From Roseivirga sp. (GTDB taxonomy: Bacteria > Bacteroidota > Bacteroidia > Cytophagales > Cyclobacteriaceae), in assembly GCA_965660665.1 (NCBI GenBank), contig CBFIAY010000003.1:161265-225264 (forward strand): a DNA stretch of 64,000 nucleotides, in the 5' to 3' direction. The notes beneath the pieces are model-generated. The model was not told the origin of the DNA and did no database searches. It worked only from the letters and a program-made list of their open reading frames with translations. The position numbers were made by a program, and so were the translations under genes. Of this stretch, positions 29,276 to 39,019 are shown one piece after another. Within the stretch, counting starts at the first letter, position 1, and every line of letters starts with the position of its first letter.

Positions 29276-30467
29276 GCGTAATGTATCTACTAAATACTCG
29301 TTGAGACCAATTTAGACCAAAAGTAAGAAATAAGAAGCCTAGAAATGAAGATGCTGCACAGACGATAAAAGCGACTCTTAAGTTTGAAATATCGTTGGCG
29401 TAGATATATCCAGCAATGAAAGCGCCTAAACCTATTCCAATCTCCAAGGCGATATACATCGTAGCCAGTCCTTTTCCTCGGGCTTTGTCTAAACTCAGGT
29501 CTATGGTCCAAGCATAAATAGTTGGAGTGTTCATTCCGACGGCTACCCCGAATGCGACTGAACTAGCGATTAACATGGCTTGGGTAGTGGTGTAAGCCAC
29601 CAGTAAGTCCGCAATAACGATAGCAATAGCCGCATATTTCAGTACAATTACTCGTCCAAATTTATCCGACGCCTTTCCCGCTAACACACGAATAATTAGT
29701 GAGGAAAGCACGAATACACCAAAAAATACTCCTTTATTCGACTGGCTGAACCCAACGCTTATGGCAAGGTCTGGCATTAAAGTGAGTGCAGCTCCAAAAG
29801 AGAATGATGTCAAAAGAAAAAAGAGTGAAGGGTTGAAAACTCTTGGCTCGAAGATTTCATTTTTCTTAACGCGAAGTAGTCGTGGATGAAAACGCTGTTT
29901 AGTAGTTAACGTTTCCTTCATGCCAATCAGAATGAGAACAGATAATAGCGCTAATACTGACGAGGTATGAAACATGGTGTCTAAACCGAAAGCTTGAGTA
30001 ATTTTTGGTCCGAAACTAGGGCCTGCGGCCATGCCAATACTTCCAAATAACCCAGAGTATCCCATGGCTTCTCCTCTTCGGTGAGCGGGTACGATGTCAG
30101 CTATGTAGGCCGAGGTACCTGTAGGTTTGAAACCTGTAGAAAAACCATGCAAGAAGCGCAGAAGCATAAAGGCCCATACAGAACTAATCAAAGGGTACAT
30201 AAAACCCATGACGAAGCACACTACGGCACCCAGTATCATTACTGGGATTCTACCGATTGAATCGGCTAGTTTCCCGCTAAAAGGCCGGGATAGACCTGCG
30301 GTTATCGTAAATAATGAGATGACAAGGCCTTTCTTTTCACCACCACCTAAAGAGGTCAGGTAGTCATAGAGATCTGGCACGATCATGTTAAAGCTCGCGA
30401 AGAAGAGGAACGAACTAAGGCAGAGCAAGAAAAACTGGGGTGAGAAAATGTTCTTTTGCTCTGTCAT
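29265..30467 (-). CDS. MFS transporter
   Basis: 12 TM; motif A GKLADSIGR and GKASDKFGR. Confidence 0.92.
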   Translation of the reverse strand: MTEQKNIFSPQFFLLCLSSFLFFASFNMIVPDLYDYLTSLGGGEKKGLVISLFTITAGLSRPFSGKLADSIGRIPVMILGAVVCFVMGFMYPLISSVWAFMLLRFLHGFSTGFKPTGTSAYIADIVPAHRRGEAMGYSGLFGSIGMAAGPSFGPKITQAFGLDTMFHTSSVLALLSVLILIGMKETLTTKQRFHPRLLRVKKNEIFEPRVFNPSLFFLLTSFSFGAALTLMPDLAISVGFSQSNKGVFFGVFVLSSLIIRVLAGKASDKFGRVIVLKYAAIAIVIADLLVAYTTTQAMLIASSVAFGVAVGMNTPTIYAWTIDLSLDKARGKGLATMYIALEIGIGLGAFIAGYIYANDISNLRVAFIVCAASSFLGFLFLTFGLNWSQRVFSRYITHES

Positions 30468-30474
30468 CAACTAC

Positions 30475-31552
30475 TTACTGTTGCATCAAAAATGCTTTTA
30501 TAAAATCGTCTAAGTCACCGTCAAGTACATTTTGCACATCGGTTCGTTCAACAGAAGTCCGATTGTCCTTTATCAATTTGTACGGATGGAGAACATAGTT
30601 TCGTATCTGAGAGCCAAAGTCAACGCGCATTTTTCCGCTTTCCACTTTGTCTCTTTCTTCCATGCGCTTGTCTAGTTCAATTTGATAGAGGCGTGATTTT
30701 AACATCTCCATTGCACGTTCTCGGTTCTCTAGTTGAGAGCGAGTTTCAGTGTTTTCAATATTAATACCAGTCGGTGCGTGCTTAATTCTTACACCAGTCT
30801 CTACCTTATTTACATTTTGGCCACCAGCTCCGCCTGAACGGAAGGTATCCCATGATATGTCTGAGGGATTCACGTGAATCTCAATCGTATTGTCAATGAC
30901 AGGATAAGCAAAAACCGATGAAAATGAAGTGTGTCTTCTTCCTCCAGAATCAAAAGGAGAGATTCTTACCAGACGATGCACGCCTGATTCGGATTTTAAT
31001 TGTCCATAAGCAAAATCACCTTCAAACTCAAGTGTAGCAGATTTTATCCCTGCAACATCACCTGGTTGATAGTTGACTTGCTTAACTTTCATGCCGTGCT
31101 TCTCGCCCCACATGATGTACATACGCATCAACATTTCAGCCCAGTCGTTACTCTCGGTACCGCCAGCACCAGGGTTGATTTCAATCATGGCGTTGAGCTG
31201 ATCTTCATCGCCACTGAGCATTTTCTTAAATTCGAGTGCTTCGACAACCGCCAAGGCCTTTTGAAATTCCTTTTCAACATCTGCCGCATCTCCTTCTCCC
31301 ATTTCGAAGAATTCGTAGAGCGTATCGAGGTCTTCAACGGCATCGTTTGCCGCCTCAAAGCCATTGGTCCATACTTTCTTAGTACGAATGTTTTTTAATG
31401 CCTTCTCTGCTTCTTTTGGGTCATTCCAGAAATCGGGTTGGGCAGTAACAAGTTCTTCCTCTACTACCTCTCTTTTCTTGACATCGTAGTCAAAGATACC
31501 CCCTCAAAGCTGCTATACGAGCCTTTAAATCCTTCAGCTGATCTGCCGTCAT
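30475..31552 (-). CDS. prfB: Peptide chain release factor 2, decoded via +1 frameshift (join 31552-31493, 31491-30475; 358 aa)
   Basis: ORF1 [20 protein letters not shown] then +1 frame DYDVKKRE...FWNDP; SPF and GGQ motifs downstream. Confidence 0.97.
31489..31504 (-). other. Programmed +1 ribosomal frameshift site of prfB
   Basis: AGGGGG TAT CTT TGA C on the minus strand. Confidence 0.95.
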
Positions 31553-31573
31553 GGTGTTGAAATTTTGATGATA

Positions 31574-31604
31574 CAAAGGTGACGAATTGGGTCGGATATT
31601 TCAA
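31574..31604 (-). promoter_or_regulatory. Probable prfB promoter
   Basis: TTG-N20-CACCTTTG, a near-consensus Bacteroidota -33/-7 pair. Confidence 0.45.
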
Positions 31605-31739
31605 GGTCTATGCAGAGCTTAGTTTTGGGCAATTATTAATTTTCTTAAGTTGGGTGATGATGAATGTCAAATTGTTAATTAAGAATCGTTAATAAATAAT
31701 TTGACTTGATAGGTCAGAAAACTAATTTTACCTCGTCAC

Positions 31740-32246
31740 CTAAAACGACCCAATAATGAAGGCCTCATATTTAGGATTGGTGAGGTCTACTTTCTTACGC
31801 CTCATCCATTTAAGACCGTAGCCTGTAAGCACTAGCGCTGCACTAGAAGAAGTAGTTCCATTATCAAAAGTGAATGGGTTACCCTCTATTACACTATTGT
31901 TGAAAAGATCAATGGCCAATAAGCCATACCCGGCTACAGGAAGAACATCTTCAGCGCTTCTTAAGAGTGGAGGTCTGTTAGAGAATGCATTAGATACATT
32001 GATTATTTCAATTTGCTCTAGGGTTACTATGTTGTTTTCTAACACGATGGTGCTATCTGCAAATTGAGTGATACGGTCAGTGAAGAAGTCTAGTTCTCCT
32101 TTTTGCTTGTAGACAAGGTAGTTGCCTATGCGATACTCATATCTACGGGTGGTGCCTTTTTTTCTAAGCACCATGTAGGCTTGAGCCGATACTGCCTGAA
32201 AGCAAAAAAGCAGCCCGAGAACGAAAAATAGTTTTTTCAACTTCAT
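31740..32246 (-). CDS. Exported hypothetical protein
   Basis: Signal peptide MKLKK...VSAQ, C-terminal hydrophobic segments; no recognisable motif. Confidence 0.6.
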   Translation of the reverse strand: MKLKKLFFVLGLLFCFQAVSAQAYMVLRKKGTTRRYEYRIGNYLVYKQKGELDFFTDRITQFADSTIVLENNIVTLEQIEIINVSNAFSNRPPLLRSAEDVLPVAGYGLLAIDLFNNSVIEGNPFTFDNGTTSSSAALVLTGYGLKWMRRKKVDLTNPKYEAFIIGSF

Positions 32247-32285
32247 AGAGGGCGCTAGTTAAATTAAAATCTTCGTTAAGTATTG

Positions 32286-33350
32286 TTAAACTTTATAAGT
32301 CCAACCATATCTGTCCTCAATTGCTCCTGTTCGGATGTCATTAAGCTCCTTGAGTATCTTACTTGAAAACTTACCTTGATCAGAATGGTTGAGCTCATAG
32401 ACATCATCTTCAAAACCAATTTTCGCTATAGGAGCAATAGTTGCTGCTGTACCTACCCCGAAGACTTCCTGGATTCGACCTTCTTTGGCAGCAGTAATAA
32501 TTTCTTTTACTGTAATTGGTCTTTCTTCTACTTCCATGTCCCAATCTCTGGCAATGGTGAGTACACTATTTCTGGTGATTCCATTCAAGATGGTTCCAGA
32601 AGTAGGAGCTGTTAACAGTTTTCCGTCTACTATGAACATGATATTCATTGTTCCTGATTCCTCGATATACTCATGTGTCTTGGCGTCTGTCCAGACTAAC
32701 TGATGAAATCCTTTTTGTTGAGCAAGCTTAGCGGGGTATAAACTCGCAGCATAATTACCACCAGCTTTTGCAAAGCCTGTTCCTCCTTCGACTGCTCTTG
32801 AGTATTCTGTTTCGATTTTGACATTCACTGGCTGTGAGTAATATGCACCCACTGGGCAAGTGATAATCATGAAGCGAAAATTTTCTGAAGGTCGAATACC
32901 AATGTACTCATCTGTACCGAAGACAAATGGTCTTATGTAAAGCGCGGTGTCAGGAGATGATGGTACCCAGCTGCTATCGAGTTTTACTAACTCCGTTAAG
33001 GCTTCCATGAAAAGTGATTCCGGAACTTCAGGAATACACATTCTTTCGGCTGATACATTCAGTCTTTTCGCGTTAGCATCAGGCCTGAATATCATTACTT
33101 CACCTGCTGGGTTTCTATAGGCCTTTAAGCCTTCGAATATTGTAATACCATAGTGCAATGCACTATTAGCAGGGCTGACCGAAATGTTTTGGTAGGGTTC
33201 AATTCTCAGGTCTTGCCATTCACCATCTGTATAGTCGGCAACAAACATATGGTCAGAATATAGTTGGCCGAATGGTATGTTGCTTTCATCTAGCGTGTCA
33301 ATGCGTGATTGACTAGTCTGTTGAATGCGAATGGTCTGAGAATCTATCAT
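32286..33350 (-). CDS. ilvE: Branched-chain amino acid aminotransferase
   Basis: LHYGITIFEGLKAY, LYIRP, AKAGGNYA (PLP Lys), EESGTMN, ILNGITR, GTAA. Confidence 0.95.
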   Translation of the reverse strand: MIDSQTIRIQQTSQSRIDTLDESNIPFGQLYSDHMFVADYTDGEWQDLRIEPYQNISVSPANSALHYGITIFEGLKAYRNPAGEVMIFRPDANAKRLNVSAERMCIPEVPESLFMEALTELVKLDSSWVPSSPDTALYIRPFVFGTDEYIGIRPSENFRFMIITCPVGAYYSQPVNVKIETEYSRAVEGGTGFAKAGGNYAASLYPAKLAQQKGFHQLVWTDAKTHEYIEESGTMNIMFIVDGKLLTAPTSGTILNGITRNSVLTIARDWDMEVEERPITVKEIITAAKEGRIQEVFGVGTAATIAPIAKIGFEDDVYELNHSDQGKFSSKILKELNDIRTGAIEDRYGWTYKV

Positions 33351-33378
33351 CTATTCAGTTTTTGTCAAATTTGGAATG

Positions 33379-33410
33379 CAAAAGTACACCTAATACGTTC
33401 AAAATGCAAA
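33379..33410 (-). promoter_or_regulatory. Canonical Bacteroidota sigma-A promoter of ilvE
   Basis: TTTG-N20-TACTTTTG on the minus strand. Confidence 0.7.
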
Positions 33411-33543
33411 CGATCCCAATTCTGTAAATTGTTAGTATTCAACTAATTAAGGTGTTTTATTGCCAAATAATGTTATGGAATAAACACCTCGTAGAGATGA
33501 AATATTTGGTCAAAAAATCACAAAGCCCAATAAACTATTGAAT

Positions 33544-34101
33544 TCAGCTTTTTGACTTTCTTGGTTCCCAAATCACTTCTTCTGCCTTTAACTCTTGTGC
33601 CATTTTACGACCTAGAACGAAAAGGTAATCGGAAAGTCTGTTGAGGTATCTAACGACAAGTCCGTCTATGGGTTCAAGGTCGTTGAGACTAATTACTAGG
33701 CGCTCTGTTCTTCTACAAACACAACGGGCAATGTGAGCAAATGAAACTGACTGATGCCCACCTGGTAATATAAAATTTGTTAGGGCAGCAAGTTCTTGAT
33801 CCATTTCATCCATTGCTTGCTCCAATTGGGTAACATCTTCTTCGAATAAGTCAGGCTTTACGACTTTGTCTTTTCCTGGTTCGGTCGCGAGTTCTGCCCC
33901 TAAGGTAAAGAGCCTGTCTTGGATGTTTTTGAGTAGGTCTTTTCTCCCGCTGTTTACCTCTTGATCACGTAGTAGGCCGATGTAGCTATTGAGCTCATCT
34001 ACTGTCCCATAGGCATCAATTCGGATGTGTGCCTTTGAAACACGAGCACCACCTAATAAAGAGGTGGTGCCTGAATCTCCTGTTTTTGTATATATCTTCA
34101 A
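33544..34101 (-). CDS. Cob(I)alamin adenosyltransferase (PduO type)
   Basis: KIYTKTGDSG, YGTVDELNS, FILPGG, CRRTER, LNRLSDYLF. Confidence 0.93.
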   Translation of the reverse strand: MKIYTKTGDSGTTSLLGGARVSKAHIRIDAYGTVDELNSYIGLLRDQEVNSGRKDLLKNIQDRLFTLGAELATEPGKDKVVKPDLFEEDVTQLEQAMDEMDQELAALTNFILPGGHQSVSFAHIARCVCRRTERLVISLNDLEPIDGLVVRYLNRLSDYLFVLGRKMAQELKAEEVIWEPRKSKS

Positions 34102-34103
34102 AC

Positions 34104-34838
34104 TTACGCTTCCTCGGTTTGCATTTTCAATGGATTCACTTTTGTAGGATTCTCATTGATTACGTCTGATTCAACTAGGCCATCTCTAAGTCGAATGATA
34201 CGATGAGAATATTGAGCAATATCATCTTCGTGTGTAACCATGATAATTGTATTTCCTTTATCGTGTAGCTGAGCAAATAATTCCATAATGTCATATGACG
34301 TTTTAGAATCCAAGTTACCAGTCGGCTCATCCGCAAGGATGATAGAAGGATCATTCACAAGTGCTCTTGCAATCGCTACTCTTTGTCGCTGACCACCTGA
34401 CAGTTCATTTGGCTTGTGATGAGCTCTGTCACCCAAACCAACACCTGTTAATGCAGCTAAGGCTTTTTCTTCACGCTCTGATTTGCTAAAACCAGCATAA
34501 ATTAGAGGCAAGGCTACATTCTCTAGGGAAGAAGCTCTAGGAAGAAGGTTAAACGTTTGGAACACGAAACCAATTTCTTTGTTTCTGATTTCTGCGAGTT
34601 CATTTTCAGTCATGTCGCTCACATCATTGCCATTCAAGATGTATTGTCCACCAGATGGCGTATCCAGACACCCAATCATGTTCATGAGTGTAGACTTACC
34701 AGAACCAGAAGGACCCATAAAAGAAACGTACTCACCTTGTTTGATATTGATACTTACTGATTTCAAAGCTTTAATGGTCTCACTACCCATTTGGTAAATC
34801 TTTGAGATGTCTGTGGTTTCTATAACTGTTTTGCTCAT
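34104..34838 (-). CDS. ABC transporter ATP-binding protein (MacB/LolD family)
   Basis: [32 protein letters not shown]. Confidence 0.95.
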   Translation of the reverse strand: MSKTVIETTDISKIYQMGSETIKALKSVSINIKQGEYVSFMGPSGSGKSTLMNMIGCLDTPSGGQYILNGNDVSDMTENELAEIRNKEIGFVFQTFNLLPRASSLENVALPLIYAGFSKSEREEKALAALTGVGLGDRAHHKPNELSGGQRQRVAIARALVNDPSIILADEPTGNLDSKTSYDIMELFAQLHDKGNTIIMVTHEDDIAQYSHRIIRLRDGLVESDVINENPTKVNPLKMQTEEA

Positions 34839-35002
34839 ACTGGTTTGACGTCAGTTAGTGACTAAAAGTTTAATACAATACTAAATAATTGTATAAAAGG
34901 TTTAAGGATTCAAAAGAATCAAAAAGAAAGCACTGTTTAAAATCTCTTTACTTAAGCGGAAAACCTAACGGATTATAGGTGAATCCAGCTCCTAAATCTA
35001 GT

Positions 35003-37561
35003 CTAACGATTAAGGGTTTCCTGACGCCTTTTATTTACGAGGTCATTAAACTTAATGGTGATCTCACTGTGAACGGTGGGCTCCGTCAGGGCTTCAATTT
35101 TAGAAAGAGCCGTTCTGCCGAAATTACTGAGTCCTGTTTTAGCACATTGATAGATATATTGCTCTAATAACTTGCTAGAGTTTACGTTTATATTGATTAC
35201 TTCTAAGAGTATTTCATAAATCTCATGCTCAGTAATATTTGCTAACTCAAGTGATTGAATGGCAGAAAGCGTTGTTTCTTCATCGAAGGCATTTTTTAAT
35301 GCGATTGACTTTAATCGTGAGATATAATCCGAGCTATCTAGATTTACTTTTTCCTTTTCCAACGTATGGAGTAACTCGCTGATATCTGCTTTTTCAGTAT
35401 AACTATTGACTGCCTTGATCTCATCAATAAAGATTTTCACCTGTGGTTCGTTGTAGCCATTTTTCTGTGCAGCCTCAAGACTTTCTATCGTCATTGCTGC
35501 CTGACCTTGATCAAAAGCCCAAACAGCTTTTATGAAATAGGGAAACCCGGCAGAAGCTTGACCAGCAGCAATGGTAATCTCAATTGTGGTAAAGGCTTGA
35601 TTGATTTCCCCTGAGTTGTAAAGTGCTATGGCCTTTGCAATCAAAAGGAAGTTACTATAGATGTTATTTTTTGCACTGCTTAGATAGAAGTTGATTGCTG
35701 AAAGTATCTGCTCGTTGTCAGTAGAAGCTTGATTAAGTGCAGCGTTGTATAAATAGAATAACTCTTCTTTTAGTAGTAAGGTGTCTTTGTCTAGCTCAAG
35801 ATTAAAGGCAATGGTGTTGCCTTGCGCGTTCGCTAGTGCTTGCCGGTTGATCATCACATGAATGGCATCAGTGTGCTTGTAGTTTACCGTGGTGTCGAAA
35901 TTTACTCTCGCTGCCAGGTCGTAGTTGAGCGCTGCTAAATTCGCTTCACTCACTACTGCAGATTTACCATCAATTCCTTCGAAGTAGCGATAGGCGGAAT
36001 CATAATTGCTGTATCGATAATGGGATAAGCCGAGGTTGTTTTTGACTTGTCCGCTGGTCTGACTTTCAACTGTGTTCATTAGCGCGGTAAGCTCTCGGTA
36101 TAGTAAGTCACGCTCGGCATAATAATTTGCAAAGGCTACCCGAGCTTTTGGACTATTCGAGGCTTCTAAAATACTTCTGAGCTGAGACGGTACTTCGTTT
36201 AATTCTCTTTCACCTTCCGCAAGTCTCGTTAAGCCATAATTAGCCTTAAAGTTGTAAAAATCCAAATAGACACTCTGTTTGTAGTATTGGTCAGTCAGTA
36301 ATTCGTTGTCGATCTCTTCTGCTAAAGAGGCTAGCATTGAGAACTGACCTGACTTCACCTGATAATAAGGCCTATTCTCTAAGTAGAATATACCTCCTAA
36401 AAACAGTATGAAGGCCAATAATCTGACCATAAGAATTGGAGTTCTTAAGCCTTTAAAAAAGATGGGCCAGACTTCCAGATTGGAAATAAGAGGAGGAATA
36501 AAGTTAATCAATGCATAAGTAAAAAAGGCTAAACCGAACGTCATGTGGCTAATGATAATAATCCATTCCATTGCATTTATGATTGAATCATTCACCGAAA
36601 GATGTGCCCAAGCAATCAAGCAGAATGTCAAACTTGCGCCCATAGGAAATAGCCAATATCGAATAAGCTTTAAATCGATATCACCGGCCATCGCTTCTAG
36701 TTTTCTTTCTAAACAGAAGAAGGCTGAGATCACAGAAAATACTAGGAACAAATAGGGGTTGAGGAAGTAGATGTCTATTTCAGTATAGCCAGTGCGTTGA
36801 AGGAACAATAGTATAGCTAGGGCAACATAAATTGAACCGATAATTGAGAAATGCTTGAGGCTATTCTTACCGTTAGAAGACCCTTGGGTGGTTAGTTTAA
36901 ATAAGCTGAAAATGTTATCACCTGCAATGAATAGGATAAAAATGGTGACAAATATAATTGGGCCTAGTATTCCGTATGAAAGTGTTACTAGGTGTGGATC
37001 TGCTACATTGGTGAATAGCATGATGGTGGTAATTAAAGCGCCAAATAGCAATAAGCTGCTCAAGAGGCGCTTCCAAAGTTTAGTCTCTGGAATGAAGCTT
37101 TGGAAAAGATAGGTAACGATGAAATAGCCTCCTATTGCCCCGTAGGTTAAGTATGGATCAGATATTCCTAATTCTTCCAGTCTCAATTGAATCAAGGTGA
37201 AAACCACCACGCCAGATACCATAAAGTAGGAGAACCGATCGAAGTAGCTGACCAGCGTAGTGATAGTCACAAGAGAGAGATAAAAGGCAATCAGTAAGAT
37301 AGTTTCTGGCCAACCTAGATATAGAATGTCCCCTGTGGTGAACTTTTGCCAACTGATAATTTGATCGATGTAAAGTCCTGCAGCTTGTCCCTTGAGTTGA
37401 AAATACTCAAGAAGGAGGGGTCTTGTTTTGAATGTAGTTTCAATTTCCCATGGAAGGGCTAAATTATCACCTATGATCAGGGCATACATGAATAATACAA
37501 AACAGCATAGTGTGATACTATAGCTAAAGATTTTGAAGTAGTTGAATGCCTTGTTATCCAA
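35003..37561 (-). CDS. Large polytopic membrane protein with TPR-like C-terminal region
   Basis: ~13 hydrophobic segments in the first ~390 aa, then helical repeats (NNLGLSHYRYSNYDSAYRYF; KAIALYNSGEINQAF). Confidence 0.65.
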   Translation of the reverse strand: MDNKAFNYFKIFSYSITLCCFVLFMYALIIGDNLALPWEIETTFKTRPLLLEYFQLKGQAAGLYIDQIISWQKFTTGDILYLGWPETILLIAFYLSLVTITTLVSYFDRFSYFMVSGVVVFTLIQLRLEELGISDPYLTYGAIGGYFIVTYLFQSFIPETKLWKRLLSSLLLFGALITTIMLFTNVADPHLVTLSYGILGPIIFVTIFILFIAGDNIFSLFKLTTQGSSNGKNSLKHFSIIGSIYVALAILLFLQRTGYTEIDIYFLNPYLFLVFSVISAFFCLERKLEAMAGDIDLKLIRYWLFPMGASLTFCLIAWAHLSVNDSIINAMEWIIIISHMTFGLAFFTYALINFIPPLISNLEVWPIFFKGLRTPILMVRLLAFILFLGGIFYLENRPYYQVKSGQFSMLASLAEEIDNELLTDQYYKQSVYLDFYNFKANYGLTRLAEGERELNEVPSQLRSILEASNSPKARVAFANYYAERDLLYRELTALMNTVESQTSGQVKNNLGLSHYRYSNYDSAYRYFEGIDGKSAVVSEANLAALNYDLAARVNFDTTVNYKHTDAIHVMINRQALANAQGNTIAFNLELDKDTLLLKEELFYLYNAALNQASTDNEQILSAINFYLSSAKNNIYSNFLLIAKAIALYNSGEINQAFTTIEITIAAGQASAGFPYFIKAVWAFDQGQAAMTIESLEAAQKNGYNEPQVKIFIDEIKAVNSYTEKADISELLHTLEKEKVNLDSSDYISRLKSIALKNAFDEETTLSAIQSLELANITEHEIYEILLEVININVNSSKLLEQYIYQCAKTGLSNFGRTALSKIEALTEPTVHSEITIKFNDLVNKRRQETLNR

Positions 37562-37589
37562 TGATTTGATTTATCTGGAACGCTTGAAT

Positions 37590-37889
37590 TTACTTTGAAT
37601 TGCGCTTCATGACATTTGGTACTTTAAAAAACTGGTCGTCATGATCTGGTGCATTTTTAAGTCCTGCAGAAGTAGTAATCGTTTTCTCAGATATATCTTC
37701 AGGGAGCGAATTTACCTCTTGGGTCATATGGGTTAACGGCTCAATACCATCTGTATTTAGCTCCTTTAACTTATCAACCCAGGTCAAAATCTCCGTCATA
37801 TCCTTTAGCAACTTGTCTTCTTGCTCAGGTTTGATATTCAACCGGGCTAAATGGGCCACTTTGGCTAAGCTATTCTTATCAACTTTCAT
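37590..37889 (-). CDS. gatC: Asp/Glu-tRNA amidotransferase subunit C
   Basis: VAHLARL, ILTWVDKLKELNTDGIEP, KNAP, FFKVP; ATG at 37889. Confidence 0.92.
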   Translation of the reverse strand: MKVDKNSLAKVAHLARLNIKPEQEDKLLKDMTEILTWVDKLKELNTDGIEPLTHMTQEVNSLPEDISEKTITTSAGLKNAPDHDDQFFKVPNVMKRNSK

Positions 37890-38625
37890 GACTAGTAAAT
37901 TTATCCATCTGTGCTTCAATGGTTGCCCGAACTTTTTGCTTGAGCGCTTTCACAGCTTGTTCATCATTTCCCTCTGGCCAAATGGGCTCATGCACATGCA
38001 TACAAGCCGTTCCTGTGTGCATTATAAGAGGTATTTTGTCTGGTAAAAGTAGATGATTGAAAGGAATTGTGACTGGAACAATAGGGATTTGTTGTTCCAC
38101 TGCTATCCTAAAGCTACCCTCTTTAAATGCTACCATCTTTGGTGGTTCTTTTGACAGAATCCCTCCTTCAGGAAAGAATACTAAACTGAAACCATTGGCA
38201 ATGGCTTCTTTAGCATTGAGCCATGTACTATGCTTGCTTCGCATACTTTCACGGTCTACCAGTATGTGCAGTTTATTATACATGTATCCCCAAATCGGTA
38301 CTTTCTTCAGTGAGGCTTTACCAATAAATTTAAAGTTGTGCCGAATCAAACCAATGGTTGGAATGTCTAGAAATGACGTATGATTTGCACAGAAAATATA
38401 GGTCTGCTTTCTATCTAATCTCTTTTCAAAGGTAATTTTAGTTCTGTTTAAGAAGAGAAAGAAGAAGAAAACACGAGCCCAGATATAGTTGAGCGTAGCA
38501 GCCATTTTCTCCAGAGGCTTCACAAAAATAGCGAGCAAGAAAAAGGGTAGGAGTATGATGAAGGTAAGGGCAAAAACCACCAATCCGTATATGGAATAAA
38601 TCTTTAAAAGGCCTTTCTTCATCAC
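37879..38625 (-). CDS. plsC: 1-acyl-sn-glycerol-3-phosphate acyltransferase
   Basis: NHTSFLD (HX4D), FPEGG, FKEG, PIVPV. Confidence 0.9.
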   Translation of the reverse strand: MMKKGLLKIYSIYGLVVFALTFIILLPFFLLAIFVKPLEKMAATLNYIWARVFFFFLFLNRTKITFEKRLDRKQTYIFCANHTSFLDIPTIGLIRHNFKFIGKASLKKVPIWGYMYNKLHILVDRESMRSKHSTWLNAKEAIANGFSLVFFPEGGILSKEPPKMVAFKEGSFRIAVEQQIPIVPVTIPFNHLLLPDKIPLIMHTGTACMHVHEPIWPEGNDEQAVKALKQKVRATIEAQMDKFTSHES

Positions 38626-38650
38626 TGGCAGCGAATATAGTAAAGTAAGC

Positions 38651-39019
38651 TTATTGATTAATCATATGCAGTGCCGCCTTGTATACATAATCCCAGAATT
38701 CATCTTTCTCTTTTTCAGCAAAAGTGGCTTTTTCTAGCGCATTGTGCATGTGTTGTAACCAGTGTGTGGCTTCTTCTTGACCAATTTTCCATTGAAAATG
38801 TCTCCTTCGAAGCATGGGTTGGCCACGTTCATCTGTATAGCTCTGATGGCCACCAAGTGATTGAATGAAAAATAGCTTAAGTCTATTTTTAGCGGGCACT
38901 AGATCTTCGGGGTACATCTTTCTAATCAGGTCATCACTTCCAATCCCTTCATAGAAGTCATCCACTAATCGAAGGATGTTTTCTTCCCCAATTCTTTCAT
39001 AGAGGGTTTGGTCGGCCAT
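38651..39019 (-). CDS. Group II truncated haemoglobin (globin)
   Basis: LYERIG, DDFY (TyrB10), MYP (TyrCD1), LGG, RGQPMLRRRH (HisF8), W at G8. Confidence 0.88.
   Translation of the reverse strand: MADQTLYERIGEENILRLVDDFYEGIGSDDLIRKMYPEDLVPAKNRLKLFFIQSLGGHQSYTDERGQPMLRRRHFQWKIGQEEATHWLQHMHNALEKATFAEKEKDEFWDYVYKAALHMINQ

Noticed and set aside
30475-31302. prfB as a 5'-truncated pseudogene (track's 275-aa ORF)
   Set aside because: The N-terminus is present upstream and joined by the canonical +1 frameshift.
31000-31398. 132-aa plus-strand ORF
   Set aside because: Antisense shadow of prfB with no protein-like motifs.
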